Shown in pieces: positions 54,200 to 63,101 of a DNA stretch of 64,000 nt. The stretch lies in the NCBI GenBank assembly GCA_026003175.1, contig BPGT01000006.1, positions 36,025 through 100,024 on the forward strand. Reading direction: 5' to 3'. Within the stretch, counting starts at the first letter, position 1. Every line of letters starts with the position of its first letter. Made by a program: the position numbers and the translations under genes. The notes beneath the pieces are model-generated. The model was given only the letters and a program-made list of their open reading frames with translations, searched no databases and was not told the DNA's origin. This DNA is from Armatimonadota bacterium. GTDB taxonomy: Bacteria; Armatimonadota; HRBIN16.

Positions 54200-55626
54200 G
54201 AGGGTGTATCCTTCGTGCGCGGATTCATGTCCAGCTTCTGCATAGCGATGACGCGGGGCACTGCCTCTTCCATCAGTCGCTGGTATCGCTTCAAGAACTC
54301 CTGTAGCGAGATGCGTCCCTCCATGTATCGCTGCGCCCACACCGTCCACTGCCATACCGACTCCTGCTCGTCCATCAGCCCGCGAAAAGAGAGCTTCTCA
54401 AAGCCCCTTCCCTCAAAAGGACGATAGTATGGCTGCAGTTCAGGGGGCATCTTGACGCCGGGGATAAGCATCGGACCGCTGAGCGGGCGGCGATGGCGTA
54501 CCGCCTCGTCCACCAGAATCTGCGCACTCTGCGGGCTGGTGAGAAACATCAGAAAGTCTATCACTCGCTGGGTTTGCTGGGGATTCTTCTTCACCACGCC
54601 CAGCACCAGTCCTGGTCCTCCCACGCCGCGAAACGGTGGTACCCGAAAGCGCGAGGTGGTGAGAGGCGGCACGGCGAACACGCCCCACTCGAAGCGCGCC
54701 CGGGGCGGCAGGTCTGCCATGTCCTGCATCAGGTCGCCGATGAGCCAGGAGCCTTCTAGCAGGATTGCTGCCCGTTGCGTCAGGAACAGGTTGTATGCGG
54801 TCACCGAGTTCGCGCCATGGAACCCCTTCTGCCAGTAGTGGGAGAAGGTCCTGATGTGCGCGTACAGCTCCGCGAAGCGTTCGCTATCGAAACGGATGAT
54901 CCGCCTGCGCACCGCGTCCAGCAGTCGCTCTCCATTAATGATGACCAGCGAATCGTTATAGGGGTCGTTAAGGTTGAGACGGAAGCCTGCGTTGCGCGCA
55001 GGGTCATAGTCCCAATCGCCCGGGCGCGACATCACCAGCGGAACCCACTGGCGCGTGTAGGCGTCGGTAAAAAAGCGTACAATCCAGCCCACCGTGCCCG
55101 ACCAGTAGGAATCGGCGTTGCCGGGCACCGCGAAAGGCAGGTAGCCCGCGGCGCGAATGCGCTCCGCCAGCGACAGCATCCCCTCCCACGTGCGAGGCGG
55201 TTGTAGCCCCAGCTTGCGGAACAGGGTGGCGTTGTAGTAAAAGCCAATCTCCACGAAATCCACAGGGATAAACGAAACGCCTCCGGCGGTTTTGAACTTC
55301 TCGATGAACTGCGGGTTCAGGTTCTTCATCCACGTCCTGCCGGTGTAGGGGTTGCGTCGGTTCAGATAGGGAGCAAGGTTCACCAGCAAGCCCTTCTCGT
55401 ACATACCCCAGGCGTAGTTAGCGTTGAACAGGTCAGGAGCGCGGTCACCTGCGCCGGGGATCTGGGTGCGCAGCCACGTCTCGTAGCCGTTGACAGGCAT
55501 GACCTGCACCTTCACCTGTGTATCCGGGTGATGGCGTTCGTACTCGCGCGCGAGCCGATGGAACCCTTCACGGTAGTTGCCGCTTACAGTCGCCAGGAAT
55601 ATGGTTGTCGCCTGCTGGGGCATCAT
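54196..55626 (-). CDS. ABC transporter solute-binding protein (family 1) lacking a recognisable signal peptide
   Basis: An SBP_bac_1-like sequence runs throughout. The N-terminus is MMPQQATTIFLATVSG and an in-frame TAG lies 3 codons upstream. Confidence 0.7.
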   Translation of the reverse strand: MMPQQATTIFLATVSGNYREGFHRLAREYERHHPDTQVKVQVMPVNGYETWLRTQIPGAGDRAPDLFNANYAWGMYEKGLLVNLAPYLNRRNPYTGRTWMKNLNPQFIEKFKTAGGVSFIPVDFVEIGFYYNATLFRKLGLQPPRTWEGMLSLAERIRAAGYLPFAVPGNADSYWSGTVGWIVRFFTDAYTRQWVPLVMSRPGDWDYDPARNAGFRLNLNDPYNDSLVIINGERLLDAVRRRIIRFDSERFAELYAHIRTFSHYWQKGFHGANSVTAYNLFLTQRAAILLEGSWLIGDLMQDMADLPPRARFEWGVFAVPPLTTSRFRVPPFRGVGGPGLVLGVVKKNPQQTQRVIDFLMFLTSPQSAQILVDEAVRHRRPLSGPMLIPGVKMPPELQPYYRPFEGRGFEKLSFRGLMDEQESVWQWTVWAQRYMEGRISLQEFLKRYQRLMEEAVPRVIAMQKLDMNPRTKDTPS

Positions 55627-55635
55627 GAAGCCTCT

Positions 55636-57015
55636 CTATGCCACTCCGTACGCCAGATACGTCACACTTTGCGTGCGCAGACCGCCGTTCTCTATCTTCA
55701 CCGTTACAAAATCCTGTCCGTGGGGGGTGAACAGGTCGGGGTGTTCCGCCAGAAGGCGGTGCTGCACGTCCAGCGGCAGCATACTCAAGCCCCGGAAATA
55801 ATGATAGCCGTTTCGCTCCACGTGGGGAATACCCAGGTTCGCCATAAGCGCAAGATCCTGCTGCAGAGAGACAGGCGGTACGGTGGTCAAATCCTCACCG
55901 CTGATCAGCACCCGCTTTCCCTGCCGACACAACCTTTCGGTCAAGCAGGCGTTAGCGATACCCTTGAAAACGCCTTTGCAGCTCTTCACGCTGCAACCGC
56001 TGTAGCCACATTCCAGCGCGGCTGGCAAACTGTTCAGTTCGGCGTCGGACTCGTCGATAATCATCGGGGGATGCTCGTGCCAGCACTGCAACTGCTTACG
56101 CGTACGATGGCTCAACGCCTCGTCGCGGTGCAACGGTTGTTCCACGAAAATGAGCGCACTCACCAGCTCGCGCAGGTCTGTGTCCGCCTGCAGGCTCTCC
56201 CAGAAAACACGGAAGGTCTCCATATCGGGATACATCTCGTTGGCGTCAAGGGTCAAGCGGAAGACAGCGCATTCCCGTCGTAGCAACCTCGCCATCGATC
56301 TCAATCGCTCTCTATCTACCTGCACATCGCCGCTCAACTTTATCTTGAAGTGCGTCAGCCCATAAACACGGATGCACTCCTGCAAAGACTGCGGCAATCC
56401 GTCATGCAATCGCTCTTCCGGAGGAATCTCGGCGTCTGTCAGTGGGTCACCCAAGCCCACGGTATGGCGCACGATGATATGATGCAACGGCTCGCTGGGG
56501 AGATAGTCGCGCGGTTGTGTGCCTTTGAGTTCAGGATATATCCGCTCCAGCACGATACCCAGTGTATTATCGCGCAGTGCTCGGGCAAAGGGGGTGCGGG
56601 TTGCCCGGCAGAAGGCATGGATCACCGCCCGTTCCACCAGACTCATGCCGAACGACGCGATAAGGGGTGCGATACCCTTCTCCTTCGCCCAGTTCATCTG
56701 CGCATGATATGCCTGCCACCACAGGTCAAAGGGAGTAGAAGATTCGCCGACCTCGCAGGCAAGGTCGCACGCATGAAGGACGGCTAGCAACAGCAGTTGC
56801 ACTTCCTGTTCCAGTGTCAGTCCAGGGTCTTTCACGAACCAGCGAGGAGCGAGGTGGTCGGCGGACACACCTTCTACCTGCTGTCCATCCACAGCCACTG
56901 TCATACGCAGAACCAGATGTTGTAGTTCGCGCACGGTGGCGATGCCGTAGCGGAAAGCCATCCGCGTACGCATCGGGTGCAGGGTGAAGGAGGTATGTTG
57001 CACCGAAATAGCCAT
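55636..57015 (-). CDS. enolase-superfamily (mandelate racemase/muconate-lactonizing-like) enzyme
   Basis: A KxK motif (FKIKLSG) and metal ligands in LTLDANE, FVEQP and IIDESD are present. Confidence 0.6.
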   Translation of the reverse strand: MAISVQHTSFTLHPMRTRMAFRYGIATVRELQHLVLRMTVAVDGQQVEGVSADHLAPRWFVKDPGLTLEQEVQLLLLAVLHACDLACEVGESSTPFDLWWQAYHAQMNWAKEKGIAPLIASFGMSLVERAVIHAFCRATRTPFARALRDNTLGIVLERIYPELKGTQPRDYLPSEPLHHIIVRHTVGLGDPLTDAEIPPEERLHDGLPQSLQECIRVYGLTHFKIKLSGDVQVDRERLRSMARLLRRECAVFRLTLDANEMYPDMETFRVFWESLQADTDLRELVSALIFVEQPLHRDEALSHRTRKQLQCWHEHPPMIIDESDAELNSLPAALECGYSGCSVKSCKGVFKGIANACLTERLCRQGKRVLISGEDLTTVPPVSLQQDLALMANLGIPHVERNGYHYFRGLSMLPLDVQHRLLAEHPDLFTPHGQDFVTVKIENGGLRTQSVTYLAYGVA

Positions 57016-57024
57016 CGTGACGGG

Positions 57025-57438
57025 TTAATCTGTGACCTCTTTCGGTAACCGCGTAAGTACAACGTCCAGCACTTCCTCTGCGAGCACAATCGCGTACTTC
57101 GCATCCTCAAGGCTGGGAGAGAATGGTGCGCCGGGGTAGCGAAATCTCCATGCATACTCTGTGAGTGGGGTGGCTCTATCAATTGTTCCTGCCATGGATT
57201 GGTCGACCTGCAAGCATTGCTCGCCGAGTTCTTCGATGCTATGCGTTTTGCAAAACAGCACGCTGTGCCACGTCAAAAACGCTTCTAACGCCTTCTCCGC
57301 AGCCTGCTGTGCATGGAAAAGTGCCGGAGAGATAAAAGGGTTTTGCGCTGTGAGTGCGTACCGCGCAAGTTCCAGGTCCTCACGAGCTCTGGCTATCCAT
57401 TCGCGGGTCTCCTCGACAATTTCCCAATCACGCTGCAT
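57025..57438 (-). CDS. HEPN-domain protein (toxin of a HEPN-MNT pair)
   Basis: The sequence reads WIARAREDLELARYAL..HAQQAAEKALEAFL, with an R-x4-6-H-like KTHSIEEL region. It overlaps the MNT gene by 11 nt. Confidence 0.65.
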   Translation of the reverse strand: MQRDWEIVEETREWIARAREDLELARYALTAQNPFISPALFHAQQAAEKALEAFLTWHSVLFCKTHSIEELGEQCLQVDQSMAGTIDRATPLTEYAWRFRYPGAPFSPSLEDAKYAIVLAEEVLDVVLTRLPKEVTD

Positions 57439-57757
57439 AAAGCAACCTCCCTTCTCGCAGCACGGAAGCCGAAAGAGAGCTTGCCACTTTGGCGCGTTTC
57501 TCAAAGCGGGAGTGATCCCACACAACCACATCTACAGCCACGCCGTTACCTCGGAGAGCCTGATACCCCAATCTACTGGTACGTCGCTCCGGAGGTGCAT
57601 CGTCCGGCACCACTATCAGTAAGTCATAGTCGCTGTTGGCACTCGCCTCCTCTCGTGCTACAGAGCCAAAGAGGTATATCCTCTCTGGCTGATATGCCTC
57701 TACCAGACGCCGAACTATTTCCGCTAAGATGGGATTGTCATGAGATACCCACACCAT
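57428..57757 (-). CDS. minimal nucleotidyltransferase (MNT) domain protein
   Basis: The motif is IYLFGSVAREEASANSDYDLLIVV (GS-x10-DxD). The start is ATG 57757 or 57769. Confidence 0.7.
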   Translation of the reverse strand: MVWVSHDNPILAEIVRRLVEAYQPERIYLFGSVAREEASANSDYDLLIVVPDDAPPERRTSRLGYQALRGNGVAVDVVVWDHSRFEKRAKVASSLSASVLREGRLLYAA

Positions 57758-57803
57758 GCTCACTCCCATGTACCCGGGCAGGTTCTTATCTGTTCCCTCT
57801 CCA

Positions 57804-58541
57804 TTATATGCCGCTTGCGGCATCCTTGTCCAGCCACCATACCAGTTCCCCATGGTCGGGCAGTACCAGCGCGGCGGGGAGGGGAGCGTTTTCCACCAGA
57901 ATCCGTCGCACCGTCTCTGCCTTGTCCGCGTCGGCAACCAGAAAATGCACTGCTTGTGCGGCGTTCAGCACGGGGAGGGTGAGTGTTAAGCGTACACGTG
58001 GCTCCACCGGCGCCTCACCGACGGCAACCCATCGTTTGCGCTCTTGCAGCGCGGATGTGCCCGGGAAAAGCGATGCGGTATGTCCATCTGCCCCCATCCC
58101 CAGCAGGATGAAATCAAAGCGTGGGAACCCTCCGAAAAAGTGTCGGAGTTGTGCCTCATAAAGACGCGCGGCATCGTCGGGGTCGGGAGCGTCAGTGGGC
58201 ATCGGGTGTATGTTTTCAAGAGGCAGATTCAGCGGGTCTGTTAGCATCTCGCACACCATACGGAAGTTGCTGGCAGGGTGGTCGTGCGGGACGTAGCGAT
58301 CGTCGCTCCAGAAGAGATGCACTCGGTTCCAGTTTATCCGCTGCCGGTATTCGGTCGCCAGCAGATGGTACAGCAAGCGCGGCGTTTTTCCGCCAGACAG
58401 TACAAGGCTAAAGCGAGGCTGCCACTGCAGTATCTGCAACATCCTGTCGGCAAGCGATTCCGCGACAGCATGGGCGAGCTCTTCCGCAGTGTCGGCTATC
58501 CGCAGCACTCGCTCGTTTGTTCGCCTCTCAATGGTCGCCAT
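57804..58541 (-). CDS. pgl: 6-phosphogluconolactonase
   Basis: Motifs [16 protein letters not shown] and [15 protein letters not shown]. Confidence 0.85.
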   Translation of the reverse strand: MATIERRTNERVLRIADTAEELAHAVAESLADRMLQILQWQPRFSLVLSGGKTPRLLYHLLATEYRQRINWNRVHLFWSDDRYVPHDHPASNFRMVCEMLTDPLNLPLENIHPMPTDAPDPDDAARLYEAQLRHFFGGFPRFDFILLGMGADGHTASLFPGTSALQERKRWVAVGEAPVEPRVRLTLTLPVLNAAQAVHFLVADADKAETVRRILVENAPLPAALVLPDHGELVWWLDKDAASGI

Positions 58542-59962
58542 CGGTGTGTAGGGGAATCCAGGATACGTTCTGCCTCGTCGGGTCCCTCACTGCCGGCGGG
58601 GTAGAACGCCATCGGCACGTTTTGGGTCTGCCATGCTCTCAGCACGGGGTCCAGCACCGCCCATGCCATCTCCACCTCATCGAAGCGGAGGAAATAGGTG
58701 CGGTCGCCCTGCAGAATACTTAGCAGCAGGGTCTCGTATGCCTCGAAGCCTTCCTCGCCTGCCTCCCGATAGCACGCCCTCAGCACGATGGTACGCGCCC
58801 GCATCTCCAGCCCCACCGTTTTCGCCTGAGCGACCAGTGCCATCGCCTCGGCAGGTTTCATCTCGAAGATGAAGCAGTTCGGCTCGAGGAGGTCCATGGG
58901 TGTCTGGCGGAAGAGGTGTACAGGAGCCGACTTGAACTGGATTGCTATCTCACTGCGTTCCGCCGACAATCGCTTGCCCGTGCGTAAGTAGAAAGGTACT
59001 CCCTGCCACCGCCAGTTATCCACGTACAGCTTGATAGCCACGTATGTCTCGGTTGTAGAGTTTGGTGATACCCCCGGCTCTTGCAGATAGCTCGGCACTT
59101 CGACGCCACCAACCTTGCCCCGTGTATACTGCCCACGCACCGCAAACGCACCGACGGCGTTCTGCGGGATAGGACGTACACACTGCAGCACCTTCACTTT
59201 CTCGCTGCGTAGGGCGTCGGCATCTAGGCAGGGTGGGGGTTCCATGGCGGTGAGGGTGAACAGCTGCATCAAGTGGTTCTGCACCATATCGCGCAGCGCT
59301 CCCGACTGGTCGTAGTAGCCAGAGCGGTCTTCTACACCGGCAGTCTCAGCGGCGGTAATCTGCACGTAATCCACATAGTTTCGGTTCCACAGCGACTCCA
59401 ACAACAGGTTAGCGAAGCGAAAAACGAGGATGTTCTGCACCGTCTCCTTGCCCAGATAGTGATCGATACGAAATACCTGCTCCTCACGCCAGTGTCGGCT
59501 CACACGCTGCTGCAGCTGGCGTGCGCTTTGTAAATCCTGTCCGAAGGGTTTCTCGATTACCAGACGACGCTTACCCTGATGTTCATGATGCAACCCCGCC
59601 GCCGCGAGGTATTCCGCTGCTTCGGCGAACAAGCCGGGCGGTAGAGCGAGGTAGAACACGGCATCCGCGTCTATCCAGTCGCGCAGCTGGCGCACTCCTT
59701 CCGCATCCAGTCCACCCTGCACGTATGCCACGAACCGGCGTGCAAACTCGCTCCATGCGTCCATGTGCTTGCCTGCCTCGCGCAGTGCTTGCTCCAGTCC
59801 GTTCAAAAAAGATTCCAGCGTTAAGGGGCGGCGGGCATAGATCACAATTTGCAGGTTCGGGTCCAGTAAGCCAACCCGATGCAGGCGATACAGCGCAGGC
59901 ACAAGAAACCGCCGCGTCAGGTCGCCCGTCGCGCCGAAGATAACCAGTCGAGTATTGGGCAT
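58496..59962 (-). CDS. zwf: glucose-6-phosphate dehydrogenase
   Basis: Motifs [16 protein letters not shown] and the EKP region IEKPFG. Confidence 0.9.
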   Translation of the reverse strand: MPNTRLVIFGATGDLTRRFLVPALYRLHRVGLLDPNLQIVIYARRPLTLESFLNGLEQALREAGKHMDAWSEFARRFVAYVQGGLDAEGVRQLRDWIDADAVFYLALPPGLFAEAAEYLAAAGLHHEHQGKRRLVIEKPFGQDLQSARQLQQRVSRHWREEQVFRIDHYLGKETVQNILVFRFANLLLESLWNRNYVDYVQITAAETAGVEDRSGYYDQSGALRDMVQNHLMQLFTLTAMEPPPCLDADALRSEKVKVLQCVRPIPQNAVGAFAVRGQYTRGKVGGVEVPSYLQEPGVSPNSTTETYVAIKLYVDNWRWQGVPFYLRTGKRLSAERSEIAIQFKSAPVHLFRQTPMDLLEPNCFIFEMKPAEAMALVAQAKTVGLEMRARTIVLRACYREAGEEGFEAYETLLLSILQGDRTYFLRFDEVEMAWAVLDPVLRAWQTQNVPMAFYPAGSEGPDEAERILDSPTHRWRPLRGEQTSECCG

Positions 59963-59968
59963 TCGGTT

Positions 59969-60469
59969 TTACCTCGTCAATCGTTCAATCAGCTCGCGGT
60001 GCTGGGGGTAGCGTTCCAGCAACTTCTGTCGGTCGCCCAGTTCGAAGTCTTCGAACTCGAAGCCGGGCGCGACGGTGCATCCCACCAGCGTGTAGCCATC
60101 AGGGTCATCCACCGTTGCGCCGAACCAGCATCCCGCTTTCACCACTGCCTGAAAAGTTTCGCCATCCTCGGCATTCGCTCCTAGCTTGATTTGTGAAAGG
60201 TTGCCTTGTGGGTCGATGATGTGCAGGGTCAACGGGCTACCTGCGTAGAAATGCCACATCTCGTCCGAGCGCAAACGGTGCAGGGCGGAGAACTGCTCTG
60301 CCGGTAGCAGGAAGTAGATGGCAGTTGCTACCGAGCGTGGACCCTCGTGCTCGTGCAGGCAACAGCCCAGCAACCGCTGCTCGGAGCGATAGGTTTCGCG
60401 GTAGTACCCTCCCTCGGGATGGGGCTGCAATTTCAATTTCTCGACCCAGTACTGTGCTTCGGTGCTCAT
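59969..60469 (-). CDS. cupin-fold protein (DUF985 family)
   Basis: The N-terminus is LKLQPHPEGGYYRETYRS. ATG 60469 is preferred. Confidence 0.7.
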   Translation of the reverse strand: MSTEAQYWVEKLKLQPHPEGGYYRETYRSEQRLLGCCLHEHEGPRSVATAIYFLLPAEQFSALHRLRSDEMWHFYAGSPLTLHIIDPQGNLSQIKLGANAEDGETFQAVVKAGCWFGATVDDPDGYTLVGCTVAPGFEFEDFELGDRQKLLERYPQHRELIERLTR

Positions 60470-60614
60470 CGTCGCATCCTCCCGTGGAAGAAACAGCCCC
60501 GAAAGGGCGGCAGATACTTTGCCACAGTACATTTTACCTCTTTCGGGAGCGGTCTGTATCGCGGGTGTGTCCAGAAAAATGCAGCAAGTGTTTATCGAGG
60601 GTGGAGATGAAAAA

Positions 60615-60690
60615 TGGCGCGCCCGGAGGGACTTGAACCCCCGACCTTGAGGTCCGCAACCTCACGCTCTATCCACTGAGCTACGGGCGC
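60615..60690 (-). tRNA. tRNA-Arg (anticodon GCG), CCA encoded
   Basis: Hand-folded cloverleaf: acceptor GCGCCCG/CGGGCGC, anticodon stem TGAGG/CCTCA with loop TTGCGGA, and T arm GGGGG-TTCAAGT-CCCTC. Confidence 0.85.
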
Positions 60691-60734
60691 GCGTCAACAC
60701 CTGTATTATACAGTGCACTTCACAAAAAGTCAAG

Positions 60735-61928
60735 TTAACAGCCGCCCAGCACACGCTTCTTCTCTTTTTTGACCGGCTCGGAGTTCTTGTTCTGCCGAAT
60801 CAATTCCGGTATCACGCGCTTCGCCTTGTTGCGGAAACGGTAAGTGAACTCCTCCATCATGCTCTGCGGTGGGCGAGAGGGCTGGAAGTGCAGAATCTGT
60901 TCGCGAAAGGCGTTCAGCCCACCTTCCAGAATCTGAATGCGTCGGAAACCCAGCTCGTGGGCAATGGTCGCCACCCTGCGCTCGGTCAGCTCGTCGTTGG
61001 CGACGAAGACGTTGATTTTACCCTTTAGCCTGAGCAGGCGCGACGGCTCCTGTTCGAACAGGTTGTCTACTGTGAAGGCGTACGATTTGGGCAGCCGCTC
61101 ACGAGCGATCTCGGTTTCGGGGCGGAAGTCTATCACCTGAATCCGGTCGTCTTCCTCATCCATCAGGCGGAAGGCGAACTCGTCCACGCTCATCACCTCT
61201 ATCGGGTAGGAGCGCACCAGCCGTTCGTCCTGCACCAGCTGCAACAGCTCTGCCTTGCGGTCGGTGAAAGAGAAGGCAGACAGCGCCAGCACGATGCCTG
61301 CCGCCACCAGCCCGACGCGCGAGGGCGTCCAGCGTGGAGTTGGTGCCGGTTTACCGTTCACCTTCCGCTCCACGAAAGACGCAACGCCAAACGCTGCCAG
61401 CGCAAACAGCACCATCACGGAGGCGAACAGATTGGGCGGAACGCCTAGCGTCTGCGAGATGCGCGGACTACCAAAATACGCTGCCTTATACACCCCTTCA
61501 AATAGAGGGTAGCCCTCCGCGAATATCAACACGCCCACCAGCGCGCCACCAATAAGCGCCAGCGCGTCCAGCTTACCGATAGCGGCAGCGCAGAAGCTGG
61601 TGCCCGGGCAATATCCGCCAACCACGAAGCCCAAACCCATTATCAGTCCGCCGATTATCGCCGACCAGAGGAAGGTGGGGTTGATGTACACCAGATTCAT
61701 GTCCAGCAAGCCGAAATGCTCTAGCGCCATCACGCCCACCATCGCCACGATGCCTGCGGTGAAGAAGACGCGCAACACCGTGAAGTCGTAGCCGTAGAAC
61801 AGTCCCACCAGACGGCGTGAAGATGAGAACCCCGCTTGCTCCAGTATCGCGCCAAACGCGATACCGATGAACAGTGCGAGGATGTAGTTCAGGTTCTGAC
61901 TGATAAGGTCCGGTACCAGCGGTCCCAT
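60735..61928 (-). CDS. YeeE/YedE-family sulfur-compound transporter half fused to a C-terminal rhodanese-like domain
   Basis: The YeeE motif is GGYCPGTSFCA. The C-terminal IQVIDFRPE..VFVANDE..LEGGLNAF region is rhodanese-like. ATG 61928 lies behind AGGAGG. Confidence 0.65.
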   Translation of the reverse strand: MGPLVPDLISQNLNYILALFIGIAFGAILEQAGFSSSRRLVGLFYGYDFTVLRVFFTAGIVAMVGVMALEHFGLLDMNLVYINPTFLWSAIIGGLIMGLGFVVGGYCPGTSFCAAAIGKLDALALIGGALVGVLIFAEGYPLFEGVYKAAYFGSPRISQTLGVPPNLFASVMVLFALAAFGVASFVERKVNGKPAPTPRWTPSRVGLVAAGIVLALSAFSFTDRKAELLQLVQDERLVRSYPIEVMSVDEFAFRLMDEEDDRIQVIDFRPETEIARERLPKSYAFTVDNLFEQEPSRLLRLKGKINVFVANDELTERRVATIAHELGFRRIQILEGGLNAFREQILHFQPSRPPQSMMEEFTYRFRNKAKRVIPELIRQNKNSEPVKKEKKRVLGGC

Positions 61929-61938
61929 CGTGTTCCTC

Positions 61939-62457
61939 CTAAATCCACAGCTTTCTAAAGAAGTAGGCAAAGGCGTACGCCCCGGCGAAGATAGCCAGCA
62001 TTGTGAGGATGCCGCCGGTCGCCATCACCGCCATTCCGCTCAGAGCCGCGCCACTGGTGCATCCCCTGCCCAGCTGTGAGCCGATGCCCCATAGTATGCC
62101 TCCGATAAACGCCGCTATCAGGCGAGTGCGGGAGGTGACTCGTGGTCCCTTTTCAGTAACCAGCTTGATGCGTCCGGCTACCAGTCCCGACAGGAACGCG
62201 CCGATGAGCACGCCCACGATTTCGAACACCAGCCAGTTCTTCAGCGGCCCGCCCGCAGGGTGCTCCACGATGTACTCCTTGTAGAACTTTGCCGACCGAG
62301 CGTGTTGAGGAGCCACCGCTTCCACCCCAGCGACGGTAAAGCTCTTGATAGCCCCACTGGCTCCCAGTCCACGACCGGTGATATAGATAGTCGTCAGCAA
62401 CAGCAAACCCAGCAACACGCCTGCCAGGTAGGGGTTCATGTATTTGCTCTCGTTCAT
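61939..62457 (-). CDS. YeeE/YedE-family sulfur-compound transporter half
   Basis: The motif is GRGCTSGAALSG; about 4 TM helices. Confidence 0.7.
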   Translation of the reverse strand: MNESKYMNPYLAGVLLGLLLLTTIYITGRGLGASGAIKSFTVAGVEAVAPQHARSAKFYKEYIVEHPAGGPLKNWLVFEIVGVLIGAFLSGLVAGRIKLVTEKGPRVTSRTRLIAAFIGGILWGIGSQLGRGCTSGAALSGMAVMATGGILTMLAIFAGAYAFAYFFRKLWI

Positions 62458-63101
62458 GCCTGTTGTCCCTCCAGAGTACCCGTGCCTGCCGGTTCATCCA
62501 CCTCCTCGTAGCCGGTAATCATGGCACGGAGGTTCGAGAACACCGTTTCGCCGGTAGTGGTCATGTACAGGTGCACTACCAGAAAAGCCATCAGCAGGAA
62601 CGCGCCCAGCGTATGCGCTAGCGCGATGAACTTCAGCGAACCGATATTGATGGCTTCGATGCCGTAGCGCGTGGGGTAGCGATAAAACATGTACAGCAAC
62701 CCCGACACCACCACCAGCGGTATCATCACCACCTTTAAACCAAAGTAGGTGAGCTTCTGTAGCGGGTTCAGCTTGCTTAGCACCGTCTTTCTGGTAGGGT
62801 GGGGTGCATTGCGGAAAATGCCGATCACGTAGTACTCCAGCTGTGCTCGCACGTTCTCCAGCGTCGGCACGTATTGCCGCCATTCGCCAGTGGTGAAGTG
62901 CCAGAAGATAGCGAAGGCGATCAGCGTCAACAGCAGGTAGGCGGCAATATTATGGTAACGCACCGTCTCCCGAAAGCCGAAGAACGTGTACGCACCGTGT
63001 ATCTCAAAGCCGGTAAAGGCGAGGAACAGGATAAGCACCGCCTGTGTCCAGTGCCAGAACCGCTCAAAGCCAGTGTATATTCGGACGCGCTTTTTGTTCA
63101 T
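62454..63101 (-). CDS. membrane di-haem cytochrome b (FdnI/hydrogenase cytochrome b-like)
   Basis: The sequence reads FERFWHWTQAVLILFL..HNIAAY..LAHTLGAF..VHLY, with His pairs on TM helices. ATG 63101 overlaps the upstream stop (TAATG). Confidence 0.65.
   Translation of the reverse strand: MNKKRVRIYTGFERFWHWTQAVLILFLAFTGFEIHGAYTFFGFRETVRYHNIAAYLLLTLIAFAIFWHFTTGEWRQYVPTLENVRAQLEYYVIGIFRNAPHPTRKTVLSKLNPLQKLTYFGLKVVMIPLVVVSGLLYMFYRYPTRYGIEAINIGSLKFIALAHTLGAFLLMAFLVVHLYMTTTGETVFSNLRAMITGYEEVDEPAGTGTLEGQQA

Noticed and set aside
52404-54355. Long N-terminal extensions of the two permease ORFs (starts 53831 and 54355)
   Set aside because: The extensions overlap the preceding genes in another frame and are Gly/Arg-rich. 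The internal ATGs at 53315 and 54199 form ATGA couplings and give normal permease N-termini.
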